From Podarcis muralis (Eukaryota): 64,000 bases of DNA. Under the pieces are notes generated by a model. The model was given only the letters and a program-made list of their open reading frames with translations. It was not told the DNA's origin and searched no databases. Below, piece by piece: positions 27,755-42,094 of this stretch. The stretch's first letter is position 1, and every line of letters begins with the position of its first letter. Location: contig NC_135658.1 in NCBI RefSeq assembly GCF_964188315.1, positions 62,558,001-62,622,000 on the forward strand, given 5' to 3'. The position numbers were made by a program, and so were the translations under genes.

Positions 27755-28360
27755 TACAGTGGTACCTCAGGTTACAGATGCTTCAGGTTACAGACACTTC
27801 AGGTTACAGTCTCCGCTAACCCAGAAACAGCACCTCGGGTTAAGAACTTTGCTTCAGGATGAGAACAGAAATTGCTCTGTGGTGTCCGGAGGCCCCATTA
27901 GCTAAAGTGGTACCTCAGGTTAAGAACAGTTTCAGGTTAAGAACGGACCTCCAGAACAAATTAAGTTCTTAACCTGAGGTAAAGGTAAAGGTAAAGGTAC
28001 CCCTGCCCGTACGGGCCAGTCTTGCCAGACTCTAGGGTTGTGCGCTCATCTCACTCTATAGGCCGGGAGCCAGCGCTGTCCGCAGACACTTCCGGGTCAC
28101 GTGGCCAGCGTGACAAGCTGCATCTGGCGAGCTAGCGCAGCACACGGAACGCCGTTTACCTTCCCGCTAGTAAGCGGTCCCTATTTATCTACTTGCACCC
28201 GGGGGTGCTTTCGAACTGCTAGGTTGGCAGGCGCTGGGACCGAACGACGGGAGCGCACCCCGCCGCGGGGATTCGAACCGCCGACCATACAATCAGCAAG
28301 TCCTAGGCGCTGAGGTTTTACCCACAGCGCCACCCGCGTCCCTTCTGAGGTACCACTGTA
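27755..28360. mobile_element. Tc1/mariner MITE whose right TIR is interrupted by a Sauria SINE
   Basis: TA|CAGTGGTACCTCAGG at 27755; right TIR split at CTGAGGTA (27974-27981) and completed as CTGAGGTACCACTG|TA (28345-28360). Confidence 0.9.
27982..28342 (-). mobile_element. Sauria SINE (young subfamily), full length
   Basis: Nearly identical by eye to 12807-13172; 8-bp TSD CTGAGGTA. Confidence 0.93.
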
Positions 28361-30776
28361 TAAACATTCAGTAGAGTATATATAACAGACCGTATATGTG
28401 TAAACATATGTAGCCATGTGTTCAGGAATCCTTCAGAATGGAAGCTTCCCACATGATGGTGCAGATAAGACCTCACAGTATAAGTCAGGTGTGGTGTCTG
28501 CTGCCATGTTTCTTCTCCTTCTGCTCCATGAACGTTCACTTGCCATATGGTGTACACTGATTGTCTGAAAAGGGCTTGTGCCAGTAGAGATATTAAATAA
28601 ACACATATGCTCCTCAGAATGTGGTAAAAAAAGAAGTGCTGATTCACTGCAATAGCTTTTCTCTCTATACAAGGGTGTTCTGTGGAGGTTGTTTTAAAAC
28701 ACTCTCATACTGATTCATGCAAAGGAGAACAGTCTTTGGAAATGATTCAACATCAGACAATCACCACCACATACTCAGTAAACCACAAATACCTGCAATA
28801 TCTGAGGCAAAATAGTTTTGCCTCAAAACTATTTTTACTTCTTGTGCATACAGCAACAGAATATTTTGTGACTAAGCTACATAACCATTTTGTTGCCTTA
28901 AGTTCTCCATACATTGCCTAATTTCTGGGCAATGAAAGGCAGCAACACTTCTTTAAAAGAGTAGAAGCACAGTTCTCATTTTCACTCCTGAATCAAAACA
29001 ATATAATTTTACTATAATACGTCCGATATTTGCATGTGCACGAGTCCCACAGAAGTCAAGAGAACTTGCAAGGGCAAGATTGCAACATACAGAGCTACTA
29101 TTTTTTAATACAGAAGTAAATAAATCTGCAATGTTTGTACTGTGATGGTTATTAACACATACTAATGAATGCTCCTTTGAGACTGGATGGAGTTCCGTTC
29201 ACTTCATTATTATAGGTGTGGAATACTCAGATAATGAAGTAGTACTTTTCACAGTTATTCTAATCACATCACGCACCATAGGAAGCACCACGGAGTGCAT
29301 GTAATCTGCAGAATCCAGCCACGAGGAAAGGAAAATGTTGCAACATGTCAAGTTTTTACCCATGGCTCTACCACACAATTAGATTCCACCCATCACCAAC
29401 TTCTAACATGGATGCACATGAGCCAGGCGAGTTTACAGGTATATCCCATGTATGTTGTAGATTAACTTTTGTATCTTCCAGATATTGTGCAACAGCCAAA
29501 CACCATTCCATATTGTCTTTCAAATAAGCTTAAATAAAACCAGTGGGTTTTATCCAACTAAGCTGTGCCTTTAACCCATGGACTTCTGTCTCCTTAATGG
29601 GACTCTGTGGGTCTTCTAACATTCCAGGATACCTTAACTAGGTACACCCCACAGTATGTAATTGAATACATAACATGCCTCTATTTTAAATACATGTCTT
29701 ATTTAAAATGTCCTGCATTCTATAATCATATGCGTATTTAACTAGTTCGTTATTGATAGCTTTAGGAGCAAGGAACAGAGGTCAGAAAGATTTCCATATA
29801 TATTGTGAGCTATTTAAAAAACAAAAACAAAAATCTACTTGAATCATTTCATACAGACATATCTGTAGGGACATATCTTGAGGGAAGAATCATATTATCT
29901 TGATGGTGATTCAGCATGACAGGAATCAACCACAGAGATACACTGGCCTATCTATATTTAAAGAAAACAATTTTAAAATCAAAGAGCTCTTGTTTGTAAT
30001 AAATTAATAATATTTCCTGGAAGGAGTGGGACAGTTGAAAAAGTAGAAGCAGCATGATATTTCATATTTTTCTGCAGTTGCAATTGCACACATATCTGGA
30101 GAAGCAAATACTTTTGTTACTTCTCGTTGTCGGAAATTGCTCCTTGCTAGCGATATCTGAAGCAAGCATACTATGATATATTATGTGTACATTACATATA
30201 TACGAGCACCTTACCAGAGAACTTGAAATATATATCAAAGATTCCAACCTTGAAAGTATTTCCTTTTCCTGAGTGTTCATCTTCCTAGGAGTCAGGCTGG
30301 AAATATGCCATTATGGTACTTCCTCCCAATCTACCAAATGGTTGCCAGCATGGGAATCCATACAGAGTATTCCCCCACCAGCAGTAGCTTCCATTAATTT
30401 TAACTGAAGAAACATTATCTGCTTTCGCATTCTTTGGCATAAGCACATATCCTTTTTCTAATGGAAGCCAACAGCAACACTGAATAAAACATTACAAATA
30501 AGCTAACCTAATTTAAAAGAAGGAGAATAATACCAACAGTAAGACAGAATAGTAGTATGCAAATCATCACCATGTTCCAGACTGCTTCCAGGTGTTTGGG
30601 TATGATACTCAATCTTAAAACGTCCAATGACCCTACTCTATCTCTTACCATTACTAGTGTAGACACTCCCACCCTGGCTCTCACTAGCAGAGGCCTTATG
30701 CCCACTAATGAATGGGGAAAGGGGCACTGGGAGTCTATTGTTGATCCTGCTCCCTGGTGTCATGCATGGTAAAAAA

Positions 30777-31134
30777 AAAGGTAAAGGACCCCTGGACAGT
30801 TAAATCCAGTCAAACTTGAAGTGGGTCTTACCTTGCTTCAGGCTGAGGGAGCTGGTATTTGTTCACAGACAGCTTTCCAGGTCATGTGGCCAGCATCACT
30901 AAACCACTACTGGTGCAACAGGAGACCGTGACGAGTGCCAGAGCACATGGAAACACCATTTACCTTCCCGCCGTCGCGGTACCTATTTATCTACTGACAC
31001 TGGCATGCTTTTGAACTGCTAGGCTGGCAGGAGCTGGGACAGAGCAAGGGGAGCTCACCCCATTGTGTGGATTCGAACTGCTGACCTTCTGATTGGCAAG
31101 TCGAAGAGGCTCAGTGGTTTAGACCACAGCACCA
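30777..31134 (-). mobile_element. Sauria SINE, older diverged copy
   Basis: AAGGTAAAGGACCCC tail; core GGTACCTATTTATCTAC; head reverse complement GAGGCTCAGTGGTTTAGACCACAGCACC. Confidence 0.85.
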
Positions 31135-33149
31135 TCTGCTACCACCAGGAGCTGGCACAGAGCAATGACACTGACCTGACCCCTGAAATCCACGTGTTGC
31201 TGCAGAAGTCTGGATAGTATTATACCTAGACATGAGCAGTCTTTCCCTGTGCAGATATCTGCACCAAGGTATAGATGCTGCTCCAACATGCATGTTTCTT
31301 GTGTGCAGCATGCCTATTGGTTCTGTTGGTGTAAAATTGTGAACAGGCAGTAGCTTGTTTAATATGCCATGTTGAAACCATTCTGCAAAGCTGCCAGCAT
31401 GGAGTATATTTGTGGTTGGGATGTAATGGAGACAGTGTACGGTAATCATTGTGTTATGTGCCTGCATCTAGGGACATCATGGGGTGGGGCTAGCAGGGGC
31501 TATTTAAACCTGTGCCCTCCACCCACTTTTGCTTTCTAACACCCACTGAGCCCATCTTAGGCTGCAGTCCATCACAGGTCTTGGTGCTAATCAGTACAGG
31601 GCTGAGTAGGAATATTTTTCTTATCTGCTAATTGACTCCTGCGAACAAGCTCTCCCCCCCCCCCCATTCTGTGTTGCAAGCTGTTGTGGGTGAGGGCATA
31701 GGTATTAGGTGTGGCTAAATAGGTAATCTGGTGACATTTGGGCAGGTAGGTGTGTAAGATTGGAAGAGTGGGATGATCAGGTGGTGAGCAGCCTCAGGCA
31801 TCTTTGGTGAGATATTTTGGGGCACATTTTGAGGCCAGACCCTCTGGAATTTGTGACTTGCAGCAGCAGAAAGTCTTTGGGGTTGCCCTGTCCCACCCAA
31901 TAGAAATTGCGTGGCCCTAGGCTGGGAAGTGGGTCAGAAATGCCCCAACTTACCTTAAGGGTAGGGTTCAGGTAAGAAGTTATTATTAGGTTAGGCACTT
32001 GTTCTGAGCAAGTTATTTAGCCATACTGATTAAAATATAGCTCCACACATTTGTGTCTTGCCTCTTCTTTAACTATTCTGATCACAAAACACTTTTGGCA
32101 GATCAGAGTAGGACATATACTGGAAATATATTGTTGTCGCTATGGTTCGCATCTAGAGTGCTTGACAAGATTTAAACATTTAAATGAGATTTAGTTATTT
32201 AGATCCCAAACCAGCCTCACCCTGAAGGATGGAGAACTGTAACAACAGAGGAAATACATGTATGAACTACAGTACTGGAGTCAGAATAAAATTGTGTGAA
32301 ACAAATATGGAGAAACAAAAGCACTAAAAGCATAAAAAACCCCAGACCAAATGCAAATATATTATAAAGCATCTTTAGTCATTGTTTCATGCAACAATGT
32401 GAAAACTATCAAGGGATACTAAATGCCAAGAAACAGTCTAGCAAACACTTCTACAACAATTATGTAACTGTGAAATAAGGAGCTTTGGTGGAAAGGATGA
32501 CAGACCTTCGGTTGTATCTGAATACAATATCATTCCTTTTATCACTTGCCCTCATTCCAGTTTTAATAAGCTCTCTTGGCTCCCTTATCTTTTTATGTTC
32601 ACTCCATAGCAATTAAACAAAAATGCAAATATCATCCTCAATTTTATAACAGTGACTTGTATAAAACTGCATTAAAGTGATATATTTGTTAAATGATCTA
32701 TATACTTCTGTTACACTGTGAATAAATTTTATGCAACATCAGCGCATACACATTGAATATATGCATGTGTTTGCATGCTAAATGTGCATGGAATGATTAT
32801 CCATTATAATTCCATCACAAGTGCTGAAGAAGCAATAACATTTGAAAGGCATAACTGGTTTAATAGGAGAAGAGTGAAAACTGAATTCTGAATGACTGCT
32901 TCAAATGATTGTCCAATGTTAGAGGGAGAAAATAACCTTCCATATATTATTTTCAAATATTCAGACAAGATTATGTTAAATACAGTGATTGTGGTTATTT
33001 TTATTCTTGTTTCATGTGAGAGGTGACTTTGTCTATGCAGTTGGAAAATTCCTCAGGCACGCAAACAGCTTTATGGACTTGTGAATTCCCAGTGGAGCTT
33101 CTGACTTTCAAAAAGTAGCCACAGATTGCTTGTGAAGATCTCCCGAGTT

Positions 33150-33440
33150 TCCATAGAATTTCTATCATCAACATCATCCCAAAGCAACTTGCAACACATA
33201 TAATAAATATTAAAACCAACTGCAACAAACAGAACCAATAACAACACAAAAAAGAACAAGACTTACAGAACCTGTTCCAATAAGACAGGCTGTAAGTAAT
33301 AGAAGCTCTACAAATTGTGGGCCAAAAGCCCAGGTAAAAATGAAAGTTTTTGTTTGGTGCATAAAACAGATAAAGGTGGTGTCAGGCAAGCCTCCCCAGG
33401 CAGAGCATTCCACAGTAAATGGTACTTCAGAAAATTCTAA
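33150..33440 (-). mobile_element. L2 LINE 3' fragment
   Basis: CAGGCAAGCCTCCCCAGGCAGAGCATTCCACAG and flanking sequence typical of a reverse L2 3' end. Confidence 0.5.
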
Positions 33441-36400
33441 GTAATTATCAAGACATGAAACCAGTACTTATAAAAGAGTGGTAGATTTAGCGGCACAATT
33501 AAAAAGTATGGTATGTTATCAGGAAGAAAAGTGAAAAGAAATCTCTAATAAAAAGCAATTTGTCCATACTGTCTTAATAATCTGGAACAAAATAAGAAAG
33601 CTGTTATATGTTTTCCAAAGATGTGGGTAACAATTCATCACAGAGTTAGATGTACTTAATCCCACTTATTTCAATGAGTTGAAGAATGCCTAACTTTAGT
33701 TTGCATTGCAGCTATGACAGCACTGGAGTAGATTCAAACGGAGTGGACGGGCTTACCAATAACTACTATGCAAGCAAAATCATTAAATGAAAGACACTGC
33801 TATGATATATTATACCATAATGTCTCTGAGAACAAAATGTACATTTTTTTAACAAGACCACATTTAAATGGTACATAGTACCACTGTGGTTTATGGAGCA
33901 TATACCAAAATACTTAATTTTGTTATGTTTAAAAGTTCATGAAGACTTACAATCGTTCTGAAAGTGACCTATGGTCCATTAAAACCAACATGAGTAAAGG
34001 AGTAGCTAGTGCTACAGGGTAAAATTTATACAAATACTACACAGTATACACTGCCTGCAAAGTAGTAACTGGAAAATGTTTAGCAGTGTGAAGCACTTTA
34101 AACAAAATAAGAGCACCCTTCTAAGCAAAATTCTATGTTCACTATTTAATACTTGATAAGGTTTTCATGTTTTGTTTCAACATTTTTGGAAACTGTAAGC
34201 AGTGTGAACTTCCTTTTCCACTACCTTTTCTTCTCTATATACTATTTCCCCCTTATCTGGTTCAGTGCAGCAACTACTGTGTTCTTAGGAGTTGAAAAGC
34301 ATATAAACGGTGAAACAAATAATAAAATAAAATTGTTTTTCACTCAAGATAACCAGTTCCTAAGACTCCATTGGGGGCAAAGTCCAAGGAGCTATGCACT
34401 TTTCTGGCAGCAAGCTACGGCAGAAACAGCAGGCTTGACTGAAAGTTTTTCTAAGAGTCAGACCCTGTCACATAACATGTTCAAGATGCTCTTGAAGTTC
34501 TGACCTAATCTTGCTGTTTCTTACTTTGAGCAAAAGCTCCGTGGTGACACAGAGGCTCCGTCTCACTACAGAGCCTGACATCCTGATTGAGAAGCTCCTG
34601 TGGACCTGAGTCCTGAAAGTACTTAATGTATAGCACATGAAATATTGAAAAGTAAACACTATGGTCCTGATCCCAAGAACTGCATAGGCACCACCATCTA
34701 CAGAACAAGTCCACAATGACACCCATAACTAAGTATGGGAGAACAGATGTGCTCGTGGCACCTTGATGGTAAATTATGGCTTTACAAGCATGTGTTGTTG
34801 CTGTTGTTGTTTTTAAAATATATTTTTAATTAAAGATTTCTTAGTTTGCTAAAATACGTGCATTGTCTCTTTTTTCAAGTTGCGTTTTCTACAGATTAGT
34901 TTCATTTGTTGTGAGACATTAGTGTTGTTGAAAGCGATCCAGTTTAAGCATTTGACTCATAGTGTAGTACCATGAAGTAGTGTTTTATGGAAAACTTTGG
35001 AGCATATATAAAAATTATTTCAATTTTGACATTACAAGTCTGTTGGTCTTCCCTGAAATGTGATTTATATTAAGATGAACATGGATTTCAGTTTTGCAAC
35101 ATACTTGCTATGTCTTCTGAGTACGCTCCTTAATCACGTTTGCTTCACTCTTAAGGTCTGTTCCACAAGACTTTGTCTGCATACATGTAAATCACCACTG
35201 TAAGAATCCTGGGAACTGTAATTTACATCTCACAGAGCTATAATTCCCAGCACCCTTAACAATCTACAGTTTCCAGCTTTCTTTGATAAGGGGTTGTGTT
35301 TTAATTTACATAGCCCTAGATGCAGGACAGAAAGCCACTGAACCCAATAAATTAATAATCCAATATATTTAACACTGTGTTGTTGTTTTTCTAAAAAACC
35401 AATTCATTATTTAAGTTATAATAACATGTACTGACCCTTTCCACCAGAAACTGCTGGTGTTTGAAGCAAAGTACAGATAACATTATTCTCAATCCATAGG
35501 AGTCCTGTAGCTTCTTGAGAAATACACAAGTTTAATATAGTTTTCCCTCAAACCAGCCTCCATCCAATTTGAACATGGAAGCTCTAGTTAAGCTGAGGTG
35601 TGTACATTTCAGGCTGAGCATATGGAGACGACAGCTTCAGTGAATTGGAATGCTCCGGAGGGGTGCTATTAAGTAATGGGCATCAGGGTAAGATATATTC
35701 ACCCACTCTCTAGTCTAGTGTAAAAATGTGGCGTGAAAGTATTTTGTTTTGTGCGACTCACCTCTTTTATTGAATTTATATTGTTCTGTTTTCATCCGTT
35801 CCCATTTTCCTTTGCAGTTGCCCCAATCTGCTTTGGGGGCCTTTTCATTCCTCTGGAAAACTTTAGGTGAGACTTAGGGAGGAATCACAAATGCTTCCTT
35901 CCTTGTTCCACTGATGGAAGCCTTAGCACTAGCTGAGTGACGTCACTGGATACAACTCTAAGACTTTATATATTTTCAAAGTCAGAGCCACTGCTGCTCA
36001 CAATATTTGCAAAATACAAGAGGGCATTCATAGACTTCAGCTTAAATTGGTAAAAGAAGTAGTGCTGGAAATGTAAAACTTTTTGCAATTGTGTAACGTT
36101 TTTATTAACCATATATTTGGGAAGTGCTTAACATATTTTGTACATTATATAATGTGAACAATGCAAGTTATGGATAAGGCTCACGTGGCCTTGATCCATG
36201 CAAAGAACAGTTCAACACAGGGCAAGTTCAATCAATGTCAATAACATTCTTGAGCCAGAAAGTACACTGACATAGATCGAGGACACTCAAGGAGGATGCA
36301 AATTGCACGTGCGCCTTGTCAACATTGAGCAACGGATCCAGAAAAAGTAAGTAACGGGCAAAGCCAGGAGAAGTTTAGTAGTGTCAGAATTATGGCTTTT

Positions 36401-38434
36401 TTCCCTAAGGATTTAAACACAATCCCAAGAAAACATAATTTCTCAATACTCATGTTGGAAATTGGAGATTGTAGTGCCATCTATGTAATCTGAGATGTCA
36501 AGTGTTAGAAAAACTTTGATATCTCACGGAAGTGATACTGCCCTTAATGTTAAGCAGCCAGAGGACCATGCTGACACAATGCTAGCATGGTCACTTGCAA
36601 TAATTGTTGGTTTAGACACATAATTAATTGCAGTTTCAAAACAGTATGTTTTTTTCTATTGTAGCCTTGGAGTGCATATATACCAGACTACAGTGATAAG
36701 GTATAGACACACACAAAATGGAATGGAATTGATGCAGTCCCACATCCCTTTGATTTATACTGTAATGGGTGCTGTCAGGAATAGCTGGCATGGTGGGGTA
36801 GTGCTGCAGAGCCAGCATACCAACAATGGTATCACTGCCACTTCCCTGGATGATGCAGGGATGTTTGGGTGGCAGCAAGTTTGGGCCTGTGTCAGTTCAC
36901 CAATGGGTGTGATGAATCAGCTCTGCCAGTGTGCCCATGCAGTCCCAACCTTATTGCCTTCTTTTCTGGCACTGTCAGGGGGATGACTTCATGGTACTGC
37001 TCCAGTCTCCTGGTGATTTCTGAGTATGATACACCACGAAGTACATGTAGTACATGCCAGCACATGCAGAAGTACATTCAAGTACATGCATAAAGACTCA
37101 CAGCTCTGGAATAAATCAATTGCAGGCATGTCCTTCAGGCTTTATATGACAAGACCACACAGTTTTTGAAATCAGATACTGTGCATATCAGGAGACAAAA
37201 TGGGAAGGAGACCTGATCCCAGTTACAACTATATACAACAAAGGGGACAAGTCTCTTAAAACTGAAAAGTCAGTTGTTTCTTTGGTTTGTCGATTTGCAA
37301 AAATAGTGAAGACACTAGCTGCCTGTATGGTTCTCTTTTACATTTGCATACAACTTCTTTGGCTCATGGCCTCTTCTTCTGAACAGTATTGGGATTCAGG
37401 TCAAAACTGGTGCCAAAATATACACAATACATTTTTTTCCAAGTGTACAATTTGAACACCAAACTGAACTGACAAAGCTGTAAACAAATGTAGCAAGGAT
37501 GTGTAGTAATTACTTATGGGGCTGCCCTAAGTATCCTCATTATCTGTGGTAGGCAATTTCAGTGAAATCTGTGGAGACATCGTTATACTTTAAGCATTTA
37601 ATAAAATTGTTTCCATGCAAGATTATGACAGCAAAACAATTAAAATTCTTGTCCTAGGAGAGCCAAAGGCAATGCAGCTAACAAAGTAATTTAGGATAGT
37701 TCAGTTCTGATGCAATAGTTGGTTTTCAATGAATACTTCTGTTTACCCAGCTGAGTTGCAGTCAAGAGACTGAAATCACCCCATTAGAATAAGATTCAAG
37801 GAAAACCTCTACAGAGTAACATTGTCACCAGTAACTGAAACAGACCAATTGGTATAAAGGCAGAATTAGAATACTTGCAAATGAAATTATTAAGGCACAT
37901 TACACACTTCGTCAATTTAAAATCATAGTAGTTTGTCCAAGGGAGATTAGGAATTCCCATAATCACTGGAGTTCTGTGCCTCTTTGTCATATGGGTTTGC
38001 AGCCATGAGGAAAAGCTAAATCCAAACCTTGATGGTTTATTTATTTAGCAGATTTATCAGCCACTTAGTTATTCCCCAAAGTGGTTTCCCTAACAATATT
38101 AAAAACACAAAACCATATCAAACTATTTACAAACACCATCATATAATATATAATTGTATGATGATGTAAAATTTGCCATAATAACGAATCCTATAACACT
38201 ACCATGAACACCTTTTTTCAACATCTGGTGAAAAGGCTGAAACTCATTCTGTCACACTTAAACTGATAACACCATTACACCTTCAGAAATATGCCCCTAC
38301 TGGGGCTAACGTTGATGACAATTCAAAAATTTTATGCAGTTCAGCATATACTTGCTACTTTCTAGTACAGTGTGATAGACAAGACTACTATTTTGCCACT
38401 ATCCTATCACCTTAACTGGCTACCTATTAGTTAT

Positions 38435-38741
38435 TAAAGGTGTCTCTCCACTTACACAGGGCTTACCTTCCTGGGTACTGTGCATATACATGGAATTATA
38501 TATGGTGAGGAACACCATCTAAAAAGCCAAACTTTGAAAAATCCAAATAATTCTACCACAATTGCTCCCTCCATAACTCCTTTCTCAAACTCCAGCTCTC
38601 TGAGGGCCTCAAAGGCCGGTGCAAAGGCTCCTGGGTTTGCTAGGTATTTTCCCACTCATTTTGGGCTGTCCTCCCCCCTTTCTATAGCTTAAATAAATTT
38701 ATTTAATTATTTCCTCTCATGTAAGTGGGGAGATACCTGCA
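38435..38741. mobile_element. Old Tigger-like MITE
   Basis: Imperfect inverted termini AGGTGTCTCTCCACTTACA (38438-38456) and TGTAAGTGGGGAGATACCT (38720-38738). Confidence 0.6.
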
Positions 38742-39189
38742 TTGCATTTAAATACCTCCAGATGCTTTTTTTATGTGTTTTGATAAACACCGGTATATGG
38801 AGTACTGGTACCTCTTTTTTTGCTGCCCATGTCAGCTATTTTGTGCTGGCACCCAGAACACTTTTATCAAGATATGAGCACTGGAACCTCATTAAAACAA
38901 CAACAACAATCCCACACCCCAATATAAATACCTATTATTTTAGGTTGAAAGCTGATTATGACATACAAAACCTTCAAGATCCTGTGTCCAGCATATCTGA
39001 GATATCACATACTGTCCATTTTTCAATCGCGATCTGTAAAACTGTCTAAGAGCTTAATTTTAAGCTTATCTTCCACAAGCCAAGGCTTGTCAACTGTGTG
39101 ATTTCCTGCCTGCCCCAATGGAACAGACTTCAAAGGAAACTTACGGAGCATCTTCACAAATTTATACGAATCTTTATTCCAGCTGGAAC

Positions 39190-39465
39190 AGATTCCCAAA
39201 TACAATACACATTGCATGCCCAGGCGCATTGGTATTGGGCTGAAATAGGCCACAACTTTTTATTGATTACAGAGGTAAGTAGGCAAGTAGGTTGGGTGGG
39301 CGAATTCCATGACAAAATCCAAAAGGGGGGGGAACTCCAGGTGCTGCAACTCTGCCCCCTCTGAGGCCCCTAATTGGTCTGTTTAAGGGGGCTTGCTGCC
39401 AAGGCCAGCGTAGCTATAGGAGGAGGCCCTGAGCGTCTCGTCCATGGTTGCGTGGCCCAAACAAC
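39190..39465 (-). mobile_element. Possible LTR-like fragment
   Basis: Minus strand carries AATAAAAAGTTGTGGCC (39249-39264), resembling the poly(A) region of the solo LTR at 50150-50920; boundaries uncertain. Confidence 0.3.
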
Positions 39466-42094
39466 GTTCTCCTTTTGCTTATATGTATTTCACTAGAAAA
39501 TAGAACAATTAACTTTATAAAAAATTCACTACACATCTATGACACTGGTCTAATATAAGCACCAAACTTACAAACCAATAAGGTTTTCAAACCATGGATT
39601 TGCTTCGTTTATTGGTGAAAATGTGGTGCAATTTTTTCCCCTGCCACAGAATCTAATGTGTGCTAAATGGTAGAAGACCTATCTAGTAGGAAGGCTTCCC
39701 TCACATGATTTGGTATGTTAGTCATGTGCATTAGCAATCCATGGCACCATGCATCAAATGGTAAAGACATTTTCCTGAATTATTTGTCTCATGGTTGGAG
39801 TTGTCACTATAGTCAGATGACTACAGTGTTTGATTTATATATCTTTAGTATTAGTATTGAATCTCCTGGGAATCAATTTCACTCGATCACCCTATGTACT
39901 AAATTTTAAGACATTTTAAGACTACTCATTTTTCTTTATTTTTAGATGTGCTTTGTTCTTTTATGTTCTGAAGCTAATTTAGAAAACAAACATAAACAGG
40001 AAGTTGATCCAATGTTACATTTATGTTTCAAAATCCCACCCTCCATGTGTAGACTGACTTTGTTTACACTTCTATTTTTTTATTCACTGCCTCTTGGTGA
40101 TGTTGTACAATAATTGGCTGTCTGGAAACCACTTCCTTTTGGTAACTTTTTTTTAAAAAAAATAGAGATTGGTCATAACTTCTTTTTTTAAAACCCCCCA
40201 AACTTTAGATATCTCTTAGTAAGCTTAAATAAACTGGTTAGAATATACATATAAACTTTTTTTCAGACCTCAAGCTATTTCAGTAAACACTTTCTCTAAA
40301 CCTTTTCAGAAGGTTGTGTTATAAAATTGTGCTATAGACACTGTTTTATAGCACAATTTTAAAAGAGTTACCTACTTAAAACACACACACACCTATTCTG
40401 TTTGCTATTGCCATATTAAAGGGAATGCTACCCTATTTCTATATTATGTTTCTATCTTACATGTAGGGATTACTTCAGCCATAGCTATAACAATGTACAG
40501 GAAGGTCATGTTTAATCGGTTATCTTCCATGACTTATGAATCCCTTTTAGAGTAATGGCTTTCCAGGATAGATAAAGCCTCCTATCTGGTAATTAATCTT
40601 TGTTTTTAGATGCATGATCTCACATTTGCCTTTATTAGAATGCCTTGTGCTTGGTAAATGAGCTTACCAAGAATGCAGATCCTTCTGCCCCTTTATTAGG
40701 GAGCCACTCATAGGCATGTTGATTTCTTTGTTAAGGTCATGAAATATCTACTCCTTAAAGTAGAGGCAGATCTATCACAATCATGGGTGAGAAATGGAAG
40801 CCAGTCCAACATAACAGAAATCAGATGTAAATGCCTGAACTGCAAGAGTTTCAAAGTTACAGGCAGAATATGTTTCTTCCTTTCTTTTAGGTGTTTCAAA
40901 CAGTTTTATTGTTGACGGGAAATCACAGTTTAAAATTATTTGATTGGAGATGTCTCTTCCAAATTACAAATTAAATAATTACAAATTAAATAAAATATCC
41001 TCCAAAAGATAGTCATAATTACTACAGGTCACCTAAACAAATGCATTTGGATGCCGCACACAGATAAAAAACACCACCACCACCTTTAACTCCCGAAACA
41101 GTCATGAATTCTAAAGTCAAAAGTTAATTTTAAGCTAAGAATGGCATACGTCTACAATATTTTAACCACTAGATGAGCCAGTAAATACTAAAGTGGTCTA
41201 AAGTTTTCTGTACCTTTGCAAGTCGCTAAAAAACTCTACATAATTTATGGCATAAGGAAAAATTGAGTGCCTTCAGTATGGCTGAAAAAGGCACTTGATA
41301 TACCGTAATTTAAAAGAAACCACAGAAATCTAAATGCAGGAGACTTCCTAACACTGACAAAAACCCCTAATATATCAACTTGAGGAGGACATGGTATTTG
41401 TAATTACCATGGATATGGTAATTTTGAATTTGGGGCTGGATCCTTGTTTTTTGTTATGGCAGAACAATTTTGGATTGGCTTGGATCTAGAAATTGCATAC
41501 AAGGCAAAAGACTTTTATTTGCTCATTATGAAATTTATGAGATCCTCATAATTGACTGCATAAACCTGACTTGAAACAGAAAATAGTTGGCACACAGAAA
41601 TATCTCCTTTTTTCAGAAGCCAAGAAACATCTTCAAGAGACCAAAATATCATGTTCATGTCACAGGTTAGTTAGTCCTGTTAGTGGCCAGATTCCAGGGC
41701 TATCAGTTGGGGGGTCCAGAAGTGGCTAGCTAGCACAGGTGAAGATAGGCCTGAGTTAGCTTCCAGACATGGCAGCCAAGTGAGCCAGAACAGAAGCAGA
41801 TTTTTCTGTGTGAGAGAGAACTTGTGATTTGAAAGACGTGTGCTTGGATCTCTTTTTAATTTTCTTTTTTAAGGTACTCACTTACATGGGAGTAAGCTCC
41901 AATGAACTCAAAGTTGCTTAGTTCCAGAAAGCAGGGACAGGGTTGCAGCTTATGAGTTGACATGTATAGGCTTGTGCTATTAGCTAATTAGTTTATGCTG
42001 CAGTGAATGCTAGGAAACAATCACCAGTGATATGCAGCCACCATACAAATTAGATATAGTGTGGTCTTGGAAGGAATTATAGGGCACACTATTG

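Noticed and set aside
19625-31724. Shared 17-mer GGTGTGGCTAAATAGGT at 19625 and 31708
   Set aside because: Flanks do not align; a single match of this length in 64 kb is only marginally beyond chance.
35613-35687. Possible + strand 75-bp exon (TTTCAG| ... AGG|GTAAGA)
   Set aside because: Stops in all three frames and no supporting partner exons; such site pairs arise by chance.
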